IMG/VR virus record: IMGVR_UViG_3300027762_000001
Length of the DNA stretch: 64,000 bases
Origin: a virus
Reading direction: 5' to 3' (one strand)
Positions 20,123-31,032 of the stretch are shown here, one piece after another. How positions within the stretch are numbered: the first letter of the stretch is position 1; every line of letters begins with the position of its first letter. The translations under genes were made by a program, and so were the position numbers. The notes beneath the pieces are model-generated. The model worked only from the letters and a program-made list of their open reading frames with translations, had not been told where the DNA came from and made no database searches.

Positions 20123-21232
20123 TTAACCCCTATAACTAACATTATATCCACCAGTATCTACTTCTATATTTAAAGTTTTAAAATTTAAAGAGCAATTTCC
20201 ATCTACATCTATTGAGGCGGATGCTTTTATAGTATCTGTCTCAATATCTTTTATTTGAAGTCTTAATGCTATATCTTTATCCTGAGAAGATTTTACAAAA
20301 TCATCAGAAGATAAATTAGAAATATCATTGATATTTTCAATATTTTTATTTATAGCATTACCTTTCTCTATTATTATTTTAACACCTTTTTTTGTAATAT
20401 TAAAATCAGCTTTTATATCTGACAAAACTTCACTTATTGCATTTGATAATTCTTCGTCAGTAAGTTCTAAATTATTTATCTTATTTCTGAATTCTAAAAT
20501 TTTATTATCAAAATAATCATTGATTTTATTCGACAATTCTTTTGCCTTATTTAATATATCTAACCTAATTTCTTCATTTATTGTAAGATTACTTCCATCT
20601 ATAGATATAATTTCCGATATATCATATGCTCTCGGAATATTAATTTTGCTATAGTACTCTGAATGGCTCAAAACTTTGATTTCAGACTCTTTTAAGTTCT
20701 TTATTGATTTTATATTGTCACCTATCTTAAAGCCGTTTATAACCCTAGAATTGACTGTCAATTTTTCATCTCCTGTAGAGTAAAAACCATTAACTCCATC
20801 TTTTCTCAAAAATATACAATTATTAGATGAGGATGATAATATATTGTTACCTAATGAGTCTTGTCTTAAATATGAGAAGCCAGAAGACTGAATTGAATTT
20901 TCTCCTTCGACTAATTTTTCACTTATAATAAAAGAATTTTCATCTAGTGGAGGCATCGCTAAAGATCCTACTAAATATGTTTTACCTTTTGATGTTAAAA
21001 GTAATAAACATTTTGAACCTACTCTTGGCATAAAACAAGTTCCATAATTGATTCCTTTTGCAGGAAAGCATATAGATACATTGTCATATCTTGTCGCTGA
21101 TTCTGTAACGAATACACTCACTGTTAATGTCAAAGGATTCACACTTATTATTCGACACTCTAAAATGGAGGGAGGTGAATCTCCATGTACTCTGTTCATA
21201 CTATTATTTATAAGTAAATTAGTTTGATTCAA
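20123..21232 (-). CDS. Baseplate central spike protein (gp5/gpV N-terminal OB-fold)
   Basis: IISVNPLTLTVSV...FMPRVGSKCLL; synteny after the hub. Confidence 0.6.
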   Translation of the reverse strand: MNQTNLLINNSMNRVHGDSPPSILECRIISVNPLTLTVSVFVTESATRYDNVSICFPAKGINYGTCFMPRVGSKCLLLLTSKGKTYLVGSLAMPPLDENSFIISEKLVEGENSIQSSGFSYLRQDSLGNNILSSSSNNCIFLRKDGVNGFYSTGDEKLTVNSRVINGFKIGDNIKSIKNLKESEIKVLSHSEYYSKINIPRAYDISEIISIDGSNLTINEEIRLDILNKAKELSNKINDYFDNKILEFRNKINNLELTDEELSNAISEVLSDIKADFNITKKGVKIIIEKGNAINKNIENINDISNLSSDDFVKSSQDKDIALRLQIKDIETDTIKASASIDVDGNCSLNFKTLNIEVDTGGYNVSYRG

Positions 21233-21235
21233 TTT

Positions 21236-22015
21236 TTATTCCCCCTTCATATAATGCTCAGATATATAAATATCTAAATTTTTCATAGTTTCTTTAATTC
21301 TATTACCTCTCCTCTTTATTGTGTCAGGAGAATTATTATATAACTTATTTAAAGATTCTTGCACTTCATTTAAAGTATAATCTTTTGTAAATAAATTTTT
21401 TGTAGACTTTTGCTCTCCCCCACGAACAAAATCAAATCCCGGATAATTTGTCGGAAACTCATCTTGAGAAGAAGGGTCAACTAAACCAGGCACAAAACTA
21501 CTTCCTAATATATTAACATCTCTTCTTGCAATATAATTAAAATATTTAGTTATTTTATTTCTAAGGTCTGCTGTCCAGTGAGGCTTTATTCCACCTCCGC
21601 CAGATAAATAACCACTATTTGTTGATTCAGGATTAATTAAACCGCTATATACTTGAAGTAATATTTTTCTATTTGGTATTTTAGAATCAAACCCTATTAC
21701 ATTTTTAGAACGTATTGCAGGGAGTAAAAAATTATCTGCTGCTATTTTTGCGTTATGAGTTGGATTTTTAAGTTGTGACTCTGTTCCATATTGACTCCCA
21801 TGTACTCTTATATTAATTTGGAATAACCCTACAGAGTGCTCAGGGTTACTGGTTGAGCCATAAAATACAAGGTTATGATTTCCATTAGACTCACACATCA
21901 TAATAGGCCACCATATCCATATAGGTATTTTTCTGGCACCAAAAACGTTGCTTACACTAGCTAACTTATCTTGTGTCATTAATGTGCTCATATCTCTGGT
22001 GTCATAATATGCCAT
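21236..22015 (-). CDS. Virion-associated lytic transglycosylase (lysozyme-like) with shared C-terminal module
   Basis: ESNGN...SVGLFQIN. Confidence 0.7.
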   Translation of the reverse strand: MAYYDTRDMSTLMTQDKLASVSNVFGARKIPIWIWWPIMMCESNGNHNLVFYGSTSNPEHSVGLFQINIRVHGSQYGTESQLKNPTHNAKIAADNFLLPAIRSKNVIGFDSKIPNRKILLQVYSGLINPESTNSGYLSGGGGIKPHWTADLRNKITKYFNYIARRDVNILGSSFVPGLVDPSSQDEFPTNYPGFDFVRGGEQKSTKNLFTKDYTLNEVQESLNKLYNNSPDTIKRRGNRIKETMKNLDIYISEHYMKGE

Positions 22016-22017
22016 TT

Positions 22018-22776
22018 TTATTCCTCCCTAATGTAATGCTCAGATATAAATAATTCAGATTTTTTTACTATATCTTTTATTTTATTTGACCTATTTTTTA
22101 TTACTTGTGGAGAATTATCATATAGTTCATTTAGTAAGCCTTGTACTTCATTTAAAGTATAGTCTTTTGAAAGTAAAAGTCTTGTTGATTTTTGGTCTCC
22201 ACCTGGGTCAAAATCAAAATTAGCTGTATCTTCATATTCTATATCAGGTATTTCTATATTTGAAGATATGTCACTACTTATTTTATTTCTTCCATTTGAC
22301 TCTTCAATATGCCAATCTTCCCACGACATAGGTTTTATAAGTCCATATTTTGCTAATATTTTATTTGCATTTTCCCAATTTTTTTTATTATTTTTTTCTG
22401 GTCCAGCTAACTCTTTTATCCACATACTACTTATGTCAACCGCACCACCAAAACGATGCCTTGATCCTTCTGGAGAGCCAACCATCCGTTGCCCATTATT
22501 TCCGCCAGCATCATCGTATAGCTTTTTTTGATATGAATAACTTCTATAGCCACTAAAAATATTAATCTTTCCATCGCCTTTATATATAGAATTAGAATGT
22601 TTTCTTCCCGCATAATCTCTTGCTAGGTTAGATAATTTACGAAGTAGAGAAGAGTCAACATTTTCTAAGTCAACAAATGCACCAGCTGGATCTACATATA
22701 TTGTATTTTTATATAAATCTGGGCGAAAAAATATACCTCCCTTCGCCCTTATCATAACTACATTTTTACCTGCCAT
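22018..22776 (-). CDS. Virion-associated M15 (VanY-like) peptidase with shared C-terminal module
   Basis: SGYRSYSYQ, SRHRFGGAVDI, EDWHIE. Confidence 0.85.
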   Translation of the reverse strand: MAGKNVVMIRAKGGIFFRPDLYKNTIYVDPAGAFVDLENVDSSLLRKLSNLARDYAGRKHSNSIYKGDGKINIFSGYRSYSYQKKLYDDAGGNNGQRMVGSPEGSRHRFGGAVDISSMWIKELAGPEKNNKKNWENANKILAKYGLIKPMSWEDWHIEESNGRNKISSDISSNIEIPDIEYEDTANFDFDPGGDQKSTRLLLSKDYTLNEVQGLLNELYDNSPQVIKNRSNKIKDIVKKSELFISEHYIREE

Positions 22777-22823
22777 TTTTACATTCCTCTCTTAACGCCC
22801 CTTCATATGGCTACCGTTATTAA

Positions 22824-25166
22824 CTAAAATAGTCCTAGAGGAAGAAAAAATTCTTCTTCTTTCTCTTCGGCCGCTGATGGGTTTAATTCTGTTACAAATT
22901 TATCATATATAGACTTGGCAATTACATGAGTCAGCATACCTTTATATGTTATGTCTGTACGATTTATTATATTTAAAAATTTAATTATAGAATCCTGCGT
23001 CGCCTCACAATACACGCCTATTTCTTTTACATCTTTTTGTTTTAAAGCGCCAAGTTCAATTAGGCGATATTGTGCATACATTATCTCATCATCTTTATCA
23101 CCTAATCCAAATATTTGAGAAAATCTAGATGGAGGAGGCGCATTATAAATATCCATAACCCCTTTAACATTTTCTTCTGGAACTGTTTTTGCAACTTCAT
23201 TTGCAACACTATTTACAACTCCTGCCCCAGAATTCTTTTTATCGTAATTATTACTCCCATAAAAATAATGAAAATATGGACTACTATTAGTCTTTATTAT
23301 AGAGGGATCATCTGACTTATAAAATTCTAAACATTTTTTTCTTATACTTTCAAATTCTTCTGCATTTTTTATTACTTCTCCAAAATCTTCTGATGTTTGA
23401 TGTAAGACATTTACAAACATATTATCATCTACGTTTTGACTTGATGTAGAGTTGAAATTAATTCTATCTCTGCCCATTGATAAATCTAAAGTTGTATATA
23501 CTCCGCCTTGAGGACTCCCTGAGTGAGACACGCTATTAACATAATATATCTTATCTGAACTTACAGGGTCTAGCCAAACATTGAATCCGGGTCTTATCCA
23601 TGGCATTGCTACAGTTGTAACTGGTGCAGTTTCTACCCCTGAATTTAAAAATCCATATAAAAATTTTGCATATTTTTTAAGAATGTTAGTTGCACTATTT
23701 CTGTCAAAGGCAGCAGAGTTAGAGAATTTTATTAGTGGCTGTTGAGTACTGTAAACTGATAAGCCATATTTTCTTTCTTCTTCACTTGGCCTTAAAAGTG
23801 TATCATTATCAATATTATAGTAGTCAGACCACTTTTCTTGACCTGGTGTCTTTGAACCTACTAGTGCTCCAGATGGAACTAGCATTGATTTTTGATAATC
23901 AGTTAAATCCTCCTGATATTCTTCTGCTCCGCCAGTAACAACTACCCTTGTTACTTCATTTCCCCAGTCTGTATTTTCTGCTAAGCTTACTATGAGTAGA
24001 GGATCTATAACATGATCCTTTAAAACCTTCTGATTCCAGAAAGGGGGTTTTATTCTAATTAATCCGTCTCTATCTTGATAAAATTCAAGCATTAAGTTTA
24101 AGGCTATATCATTAATTGCTACATACATGGAATTAACACTTGTATCAGAAGCAGAAACAACAAAATCTACTATTTTTTGCTGAATCAATTCATCACTAAT
24201 ATCACCCATAATTCTAACTCTATCACTAGCGTTATCCCAGTATCCAGCAGTGTTGCCTTCACTATAAATAGCATTTCCGTTTATGGTTCTCTCTAGCATT
24301 GAGCCTATAAATTCTTTTATTGTTTTTCCCCTAAAAGCATTATCAGCTTCACTGCTAACGCCAGCTATTTTACCTATATTAACTCCTTGAGCTAACCACC
24401 TTAATCTGTTTCCACCTGTTAATGTGTCTTGAAACCCAATAGCCAGTGGTACTAACGTTTTATTTAACCATGTCATATAATCAGTAGCAGAAAAACTCAT
24501 AGTGTATCCGTGAGCAGTTCTACTCCTTCTTTTACTTTTTATATTCCCATCAAATACCATTACATATTTACCGTTGAACATATTTTTAATGAATATTCTT
24601 ACATTTGTCATATGTTCAATTCCATCCATAGAAGATAATAACTTTCCATCTTCAGACCTTGTTTCTATCTTATAAAAGTCAGGTAAATAAATCATATCTA
24701 TGTTAGCAGTTCCTATCGAACCATCCTTAGCTATTCTTGTGCTGAATGCAGTTACAAACTGATCGACTCTTATATTATCAAAAAATATTAAATATCCAGC
24801 ATTACCCTCTATCTTTTTTTCTTTTATATTAAAACTTCTAACATAATCATTAGATAGTTTATTTGATGTATTAATAGAAGTTGAACCTGTATCTTTTTTT
24901 GGTGGAGATGCATTGCTTGCAACGTTTAAAGCTTTTTTAAGTTCAGCTTTTGTTTGAGGTCCAACAATACCGTCTGTCGTTATACTTCTACTTTTCTGAA
25001 AATTAATAACTGCAGACCTAGTATTAGAGCCAAAAAAGCCATCGACTCCTTTTGTTGAAAAGTTTAATTTTGTCAAAATTGTTTGTAGCTCTTCTACATT
25101 TTTATTATATTTTTTACCATTTATAGTTTGACTAAGAAGACTTGGCCATGAATCTATATTGTACAT
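22824..25166 (-). CDS. Baseplate hub protein with PG-binding domains
   Basis: N-terminal DGFFGSNT...DGIVGPQT; EFYQDRDGLIRIKPP; PWIRPGF...YYVNSVSH. Confidence 0.7.
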   Translation of the reverse strand: MYNIDSWPSLLSQTINGKKYNKNVEELQTILTKLNFSTKGVDGFFGSNTRSAVINFQKSRSITTDGIVGPQTKAELKKALNVASNASPPKKDTGSTSINTSNKLSNDYVRSFNIKEKKIEGNAGYLIFFDNIRVDQFVTAFSTRIAKDGSIGTANIDMIYLPDFYKIETRSEDGKLLSSMDGIEHMTNVRIFIKNMFNGKYVMVFDGNIKSKRRSRTAHGYTMSFSATDYMTWLNKTLVPLAIGFQDTLTGGNRLRWLAQGVNIGKIAGVSSEADNAFRGKTIKEFIGSMLERTINGNAIYSEGNTAGYWDNASDRVRIMGDISDELIQQKIVDFVVSASDTSVNSMYVAINDIALNLMLEFYQDRDGLIRIKPPFWNQKVLKDHVIDPLLIVSLAENTDWGNEVTRVVVTGGAEEYQEDLTDYQKSMLVPSGALVGSKTPGQEKWSDYYNIDNDTLLRPSEEERKYGLSVYSTQQPLIKFSNSAAFDRNSATNILKKYAKFLYGFLNSGVETAPVTTVAMPWIRPGFNVWLDPVSSDKIYYVNSVSHSGSPQGGVYTTLDLSMGRDRINFNSTSSQNVDDNMFVNVLHQTSEDFGEVIKNAEEFESIRKKCLEFYKSDDPSIIKTNSSPYFHYFYGSNNYDKKNSGAGVVNSVANEVAKTVPEENVKGVMDIYNAPPPSRFSQIFGLGDKDDEIMYAQYRLIELGALKQKDVKEIGVYCEATQDSIIKFLNIINRTDITYKGMLTHVIAKSIYDKFVTELNPSAAEEKEEEFFLPLGLF

Positions 25167-25178
25167 AGTGCACCATCC

Positions 25179-26783
25179 TTATGTTGATAATGTATTATAA
25201 ATTCTCTCAGGCATATTCTTTAGAACGGGAATAGCCATTTTTTGATAGTATGGTATTAATTCAGTATTAGAGGATACAGCGTATTTATCATTATAAGTAA
25301 ACTTTTCATCTAATGCTACATATGATATTGAATACTGATACAAGAATTTTTGTATAGCTGCTTTATTAAATGATATATTTTGAATAAAGCCATAATAAGT
25401 TCTACCCTCAATTACTAATTCAGTTTTATACTGACTAACATACTCAAAATTATTATTTTTAACATCTTCACTATAAGTTTTATAATTTGTTAAAAATTTA
25501 TGTCTTTCAAGTTCATGTTTCATATCAAGCATAAATCCTGTAAATGATATGTTTATTGGGTTTTTACCTGTTCTCATTAAAAACCATCCGGCATTTGTTT
25601 TGTTCATTTGTTGAGTATTAGATCTGCTCTCTTGAAAAGATGATGGTGAAATTAAAAATGGTATTATTTTTTGTCCACCTCTTAAGTCTGTAAATCTTAA
25701 AATGCAGTTATGATAACCAGGCATTTCCCATGCCTGGTCTTTCCACTTAGGAGCTGCCTTTCCTCCGTAAGAACTAAAGTAAACATTAACATCGTCATAA
25801 TCTGTTCTTACATCTTTAGTCTGCAAATATCTTTCCTTCTCTATAAGTTCATAGTCTATTTTTCTCTCAATTGTTCTGGTTAAGTTTTGAATAAATAAAG
25901 ATTGACTCTCACCTATTCTTTCTAAGACTCTTGGAAGGTCGGGAGTAAAAACAACAGTATTAGGCTCTATATTTAAAGGATCAGTTATATGTGGATTCAT
26001 AAGTAACAATGTATCATATGTATCCTTTGGATTATCGCTTATTGTCATTGCAATTTCTTCTAATGCATTCCAGTCTATACGCTTAAATTCAATATTATCA
26101 AAATCTCTTCTCATTATAGCTTTTTCAACCATAACTTCACCAACTACAAATTTATGATACTTAGTTATGTTTTTAGCTGCACCAATAGGCTCGTAATTTA
26201 TTGTTTTATATATATTAATAAATTTCATTTTTTCTACAACTTCATCTTTTACTTCTTCAAGGTTAGAAAAATTACCACCACCACTACCATTCATTTCTGC
26301 AAAAGATGATATGTTATCAACTTTTAAATTTTCTTGTTCTATTAAATATATACATAAATCAACTAAGGACTTTTTTTGAGAATCAGATAATGTGCTACCT
26401 TCTTTCCCTCCTAAGCATATAGCAATACTATTTCTTACCTCTCTTTTATTGGAGGGTAGTTCATTTTTTTGAAACAAAGGTCTGCACTCATAAATCAAAC
26501 CATCATACTGCAGAGTAGGTTTACTTGACTCACCAGGGCCTTTTATTACATAATGATAAAATATACCTGATATAGCTGTTGTGTAAGAAGTTAATTGATT
26601 TTGATCTAATCTTTGGCCTCTCCACTTTTTATCTTCAGAGTGAGCAGTATTTAATAGACCAATATCTAAATATTCTTGGTTTTCATCACATATTATTATT
26701 TTTGTATCATTAAGATCCAAAAATTCCTTTTCTCTTAGTTGAGGCTTATACTTAAAAGCTTCTTTAACTTTTATTATTTTCAA
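25179..26783 (-). CDS. Tail tube initiator-like protein with degenerate amidase (PGRP-like) and LysM-like segments
   Basis: GIFYHYVI...DGLIYECRP...NSIAICLGG; NPHITDPLNI; C-terminal ISPSSF. Confidence 0.55.
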   Translation of the reverse strand: MKIIKVKEAFKYKPQLREKEFLDLNDTKIIICDENQEYLDIGLLNTAHSEDKKWRGQRLDQNQLTSYTTAISGIFYHYVIKGPGESSKPTLQYDGLIYECRPLFQKNELPSNKREVRNSIAICLGGKEGSTLSDSQKKSLVDLCIYLIEQENLKVDNISSFAEMNGSGGGNFSNLEEVKDEVVEKMKFINIYKTINYEPIGAAKNITKYHKFVVGEVMVEKAIMRRDFDNIEFKRIDWNALEEIAMTISDNPKDTYDTLLLMNPHITDPLNIEPNTVVFTPDLPRVLERIGESQSLFIQNLTRTIERKIDYELIEKERYLQTKDVRTDYDDVNVYFSSYGGKAAPKWKDQAWEMPGYHNCILRFTDLRGGQKIIPFLISPSSFQESRSNTQQMNKTNAGWFLMRTGKNPINISFTGFMLDMKHELERHKFLTNYKTYSEDVKNNNFEYVSQYKTELVIEGRTYYGFIQNISFNKAAIQKFLYQYSISYVALDEKFTYNDKYAVSSNTELIPYYQKMAIPVLKNMPERIYNTLST

Positions 26784-26798
26784 AAAAAATCACCTCAC

Positions 26799-27440
26799 TT
26801 AAATAATCTTTACATTTTTTTCATAAGTATCTAAAAATATATGAGTATCATCTGATATCATTAAAGTTAAAATATAGTCGCCTATGATACTTGGTGATGT
26901 AAATGAAACATCAAATATTTTAGCTTTACCAAAATCTTCACTTACATCTTCATTGCCAGGAACATTTATGTCATCAGTAATAATAAGTGGAAACTCTTCT
27001 TGTACTTGAATTATATCTGATACATCTTTAAATTGTATAATTAATTTAATGTTCTTATCATCTGTCCAGCTAAAAAAGGTACCTGCATTTGTAAATTCAA
27101 TAGTTGCATTTACTTGTGAGTCACTTGCTATTTCAGTTAAAATGTCGTCTGATTTATGGCTTGCTCTTTTTAAGAAATTATTAACTGCATCAACATAATA
27201 TTGATTATCTAATTTTGTTCTTGAAGATAAATCTCTTATAGTTGAAACATTGTCTTTTATCTTTTTCTCTATTATTTTTAATTTACTTACTTGCTCTTTA
27301 AAAAACTTAACATCATTTCCCGAATAGTTGTCTGTATTCTCAGCTATCTTATTATCTATATCTGATTTTATTAATTCAGATTCAGTCATCATATCCTTAT
27401 TTCTTTTTAATAATATATGTATCTTCTCTAAATAATCCAT
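26799..27440 (-). CDS. Hypothetical tail-region protein
   Basis: ORF with SD after the tape measure gene. Confidence 0.55.
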   Translation of the reverse strand: MDYLEKIHILLKRNKDMMTESELIKSDIDNKIAENTDNYSGNDVKFFKEQVSKLKIIEKKIKDNVSTIRDLSSRTKLDNQYYVDAVNNFLKRASHKSDDILTEIASDSQVNATIEFTNAGTFFSWTDDKNIKLIIQFKDVSDIIQVQEEFPLIITDDINVPGNEDVSEDFGKAKIFDVSFTSPSIIGDYILTLMISDDTHIFLDTYEKNVKII

Positions 27441-27460
27441 GTTTCACCTCTTTGAATTTA

Positions 27461-30400
27461 CTAAAGTCCTGGAACCCAATTCCATAATTTCGGAACGTTT
27501 CTGTCAAACCAACTAGTACCTTCATTATTAGGAGTAACACTGCTTGATGCAGTTCCAGCACTCTTACCTTCTATCTTTCCTAATCTTTCATCAAGGTCTT
27601 TTTGTAGATTTGACATTGAGTCTATAACTGATTTAACTGATGTTTGCAAGTCAGTCCATCCACCCTTTAAATCTCCAGCTTCAGATCCTGGAGCGTCAAC
27701 TGTTGTCATAACATTTCTTACTACATCCATTAATATTTTTTTCTGTTCGTCACTTGAACTGTCGTGGTAAGACGCTTCAATTAAATCAGCCTTTAATGCT
27801 TCTCTTCTATGCTCATTACCTGGACCTAAGATTTTCTCAAAGAAGGCGTCTTGTTTTTGTGTCTTCTTTTCTATTGCCTCATTATCATCATCTTTGCCAA
27901 CTACTAATTTTCCTAAATTTCCAGCAATCAGTTTCTCTTGGTCTGTTAATAATGTCTCAAGATTTGGACTGTTTTCAATACTTTCACTAGTACCCATCAA
28001 TGCAAGCTTTGCAATATCTTTTTGACTACCTCCAAGGTATTTAAGCATGACTCCACCAACGCCCGATACAAGTTTTACTTGTTCTTCGTAATCCTTCATT
28101 ACTTGAGGAAAAAGCTCAGCATCAGTATATATTTTAGATTTTGCAAGTCTTGTTGCAGAGTCTAAAGTTTTACCCATTAGAGCTAGGGAACCCCTGCCTT
28201 TCTCGCCTTCTTTTGTAAATGGACCCATACCCGTTTTTATATTTGGATTTTCTTTTTCAAAATTATCAATAAAATTCTTTAGGTTTTTAACGTCACCTTC
28301 ATCTCCAGACATTGCTGCAAGTGTCAGGCTTTCAAACTCACGTTTTTGAGATGTATTTAAATATTTATCATCATTTATTTCGCTTATAATAGACACAAGC
28401 TCTCCTTGTGACTTTACCATTAATTTTTCTCTTTCTTCTTGAGCTTTTTCGGCCGCTTTCTTCATATCTTTAATTGACCCACTACCCTTTATTTTTTCAT
28501 GGTTAGGGTCTTCTGTAAATTTATTAACAGTGTCAATATCAACTGGCTTATATCTATCCCCTTCTTCTGCTCCAACTAAAGTTAACTTACTTCCAATTCC
28601 AAAGAATCCGCCTCTTTTTTGTATTCTACTAGCCTCTAATCTATCTTTATCTGTGAAGTACTGCTCTGTAGGCATTGCCCCTGAATAATTAGGGTCACTT
28701 GATGTTCTTAAATAATTTAACTCTACTAAAAGATTACTCTTTTGATAAACATCCATTTTACCCCATTGAGTATTACCCTTATTATCTTTTTCACTATCAT
28801 AATCCCTTAACATATTTTGAATTTCAACTTGTCTTTCTGCAAACTTTTGATTTGCAGATAATTTAGAGCTTACACCTTTATCCATATCTATGCCATATGC
28901 ATAAGCCATATGCTCTCTCATTTTATTTAAATCCATTTCCTTGACCTTTGGATCATTTATTAAAGCATTAACATGATAAAGGTCAAAATGCTTCCTAATA
29001 TTTTTAGCAGTATCGCCAGTTATATAATCGCTTCTAGTGGCAAAGCTATAGTTTGATTTATACTCTCCTCTTGCTGTCTCAAATGAACTTATCATTTCAT
29101 TACTAATATCAGCACCCTGTCTCTTTAAATCTTGCATTCCTTCTTTAACACCTTTTATTATTTCCTTATAAACTTCTTTGCCTGTCTCTCTAGCTTCTAT
29201 AGAAAAGCTTCTTCCTTGACCTAAATTGGCTGAGTCATACTTGGTGCCAGTTAACCAATCAGAAACCTTTGTAACTGCTCCTACAGCCATCTCTGTCACA
29301 GGAGTAAATCTATCCCCAACTGTATCCTTAAATTTTTCCCATGGGTCTCTTACAAATGTACGCCAAGCACCTTTCCTGTTAGCATTTATATCTGCTAATA
29401 AATCTTGCTGTCTGGTTAAGTTGGCAGCATCTCTTAGCAGTTTTCCATTGTCAGCTTCCTGATAATTTAAGAAGTTTCCAAATAATCTTCCGGCATCTGA
29501 ATTATCACCAAATGCTAAACTTAATATTTGCTCATATGATAAATCTGCATTTCTTAAAGATGGATCTCCTAGTTGCCTTTTGGCAGCTTGCGATATAGTT
29601 GTTGCAATCTTTGATTGCTCTGCTGCGCTAAGTCCACCTAGAATTTTACCTGCTCGATTTACCCATTCATTTGATGCAGCTATATTTCCTTTATCTCTTA
29701 ACTCATTTAATTTAGCAGTACCTTTGTTTGTTAATTGTTCTAATGTTGAACCGCTGGCTGCAAAACTTTTAAATGATTCAGGATTAAATACAAAGCTTTT
29801 TGTATCTTCACTCCAGTCAAAGAAATTAAGACCTGCGCCAATAACCTCGCCCCTGTTTAAGAATTGTTGCATGTAACTAATTGTCATAGAAGAAGCCTGA
29901 TTAACTCCTCCAATATTAGAAATATAATTAAATAGCTCTCTTTGTCTTGGGTCTGAGCCTTGCATAATTTTAGATTTATCATACATTGAACTCACATATG
30001 CTATAGTATCTCCGGCTACTTGCATAGAATTTGTAGGAGATAATGTTGTGCCTTGTCTTAACTGCTCCCCAAGTGCAAATGAAGACTGCATAAATTCGTC
30101 AGCACTTCTTCCGGTGAAAGAGCCAAGCACTTTACTCCTGGATGCAAAATAATCAAAATTTTGACTAGAAATACCTGACTTATTCATTTCACTCATAAGA
30201 CCAGCTACATCTTCAAATGTCTTATTTAATATTAATGCACTCTTTTTAACGTAATCTGTTAATTTAGACATCTTATTTTGAAATGTCTCTAAGTCTTTAA
30301 CATCTTTTAATAATCCGCCCTCTGTAAACTTAGCCATTAGGGTAGTAGTCTCTTGGTCTGTGATTCCTTTTTCAGTATTCATGTGTCTTAAAAATCTTGC

Positions 30401-31030
30401 AGCTCCCCATCTTTGAGACTGGTCAAATCCTGCAATATCTCTTGTATTTGTAGATTCTCTTGGATTTATAAATCTATAAGATTCACGAAGTAAATACTGA
30501 TTTATTGATGCATGCTGTTGGGCTTGATTCAAACCTATATTAAATAAGCCTCCAACAGCTGCGCCTCCAACGACACCACCAGCTATCCCACCAACAAGTC
30601 CAGGAACTAAGGCCGTACCTAAAATACTACCGGCTGCAGATGTTCCAAATTTAGCTCCTGATATTGCGGCATCACCAAGTCTAGATCCATAATCAGTTCT
30701 TATTTGATCCATTTGATGCTGATTAACTCTGTTTCTATCTACAAATACAGAATCTATAAAACCCGCTTGAGGCATATTTAATTGACTAATGGAGCCCCTA
30801 AATTGTTGCCTTGCCGCCTGAGTCGAAGGAGAAAATGGAAACATTGGAGGTGCATACTCTGGCGAATAATTTACATAATCGCTCATATATTGAGCATTAG
30901 GCTGATGCCCAACATTTACAGAATTGTTCTTTGAAGTATTGGAGGCAATCGTATGTATAGCGTTTAATTGTTGTGCTTGTAGTTGTACTAATTTTTCCAT
31001 ACTATCTCTTAAAGATTGCTCCATGTTCAC
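27461..31030 (-). CDS. Tape measure protein
   Basis: 1189 aa, helical, Gly/Ala-rich TM-like stretch, follows the tail chaperones. Confidence 0.8.
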   Translation of the reverse strand: MNMEQSLRDSMEKLVQLQAQQLNAIHTIASNTSKNNSVNVGHQPNAQYMSDYVNYSPEYAPPMFPFSPSTQAARQQFRGSISQLNMPQAGFIDSVFVDRNRVNQHQMDQIRTDYGSRLGDAAISGAKFGTSAAGSILGTALVPGLVGGIAGGVVGGAAVGGLFNIGLNQAQQHASINQYLLRESYRFINPRESTNTRDIAGFDQSQRWGAARFLRHMNTEKGITDQETTTLMAKFTEGGLLKDVKDLETFQNKMSKLTDYVKKSALILNKTFEDVAGLMSEMNKSGISSQNFDYFASRSKVLGSFTGRSADEFMQSSFALGEQLRQGTTLSPTNSMQVAGDTIAYVSSMYDKSKIMQGSDPRQRELFNYISNIGGVNQASSMTISYMQQFLNRGEVIGAGLNFFDWSEDTKSFVFNPESFKSFAASGSTLEQLTNKGTAKLNELRDKGNIAASNEWVNRAGKILGGLSAAEQSKIATTISQAAKRQLGDPSLRNADLSYEQILSLAFGDNSDAGRLFGNFLNYQEADNGKLLRDAANLTRQQDLLADINANRKGAWRTFVRDPWEKFKDTVGDRFTPVTEMAVGAVTKVSDWLTGTKYDSANLGQGRSFSIEARETGKEVYKEIIKGVKEGMQDLKRQGADISNEMISSFETARGEYKSNYSFATRSDYITGDTAKNIRKHFDLYHVNALINDPKVKEMDLNKMREHMAYAYGIDMDKGVSSKLSANQKFAERQVEIQNMLRDYDSEKDNKGNTQWGKMDVYQKSNLLVELNYLRTSSDPNYSGAMPTEQYFTDKDRLEASRIQKRGGFFGIGSKLTLVGAEEGDRYKPVDIDTVNKFTEDPNHEKIKGSGSIKDMKKAAEKAQEEREKLMVKSQGELVSIISEINDDKYLNTSQKREFESLTLAAMSGDEGDVKNLKNFIDNFEKENPNIKTGMGPFTKEGEKGRGSLALMGKTLDSATRLAKSKIYTDAELFPQVMKDYEEQVKLVSGVGGVMLKYLGGSQKDIAKLALMGTSESIENSPNLETLLTDQEKLIAGNLGKLVVGKDDDNEAIEKKTQKQDAFFEKILGPGNEHRREALKADLIEASYHDSSSDEQKKILMDVVRNVMTTVDAPGSEAGDLKGGWTDLQTSVKSVIDSMSNLQKDLDERLGKIEGKSAGTASSSVTPNNEGTSWFDRNVPKLWNWVPGL

Positions 31031-31032
31031 TT

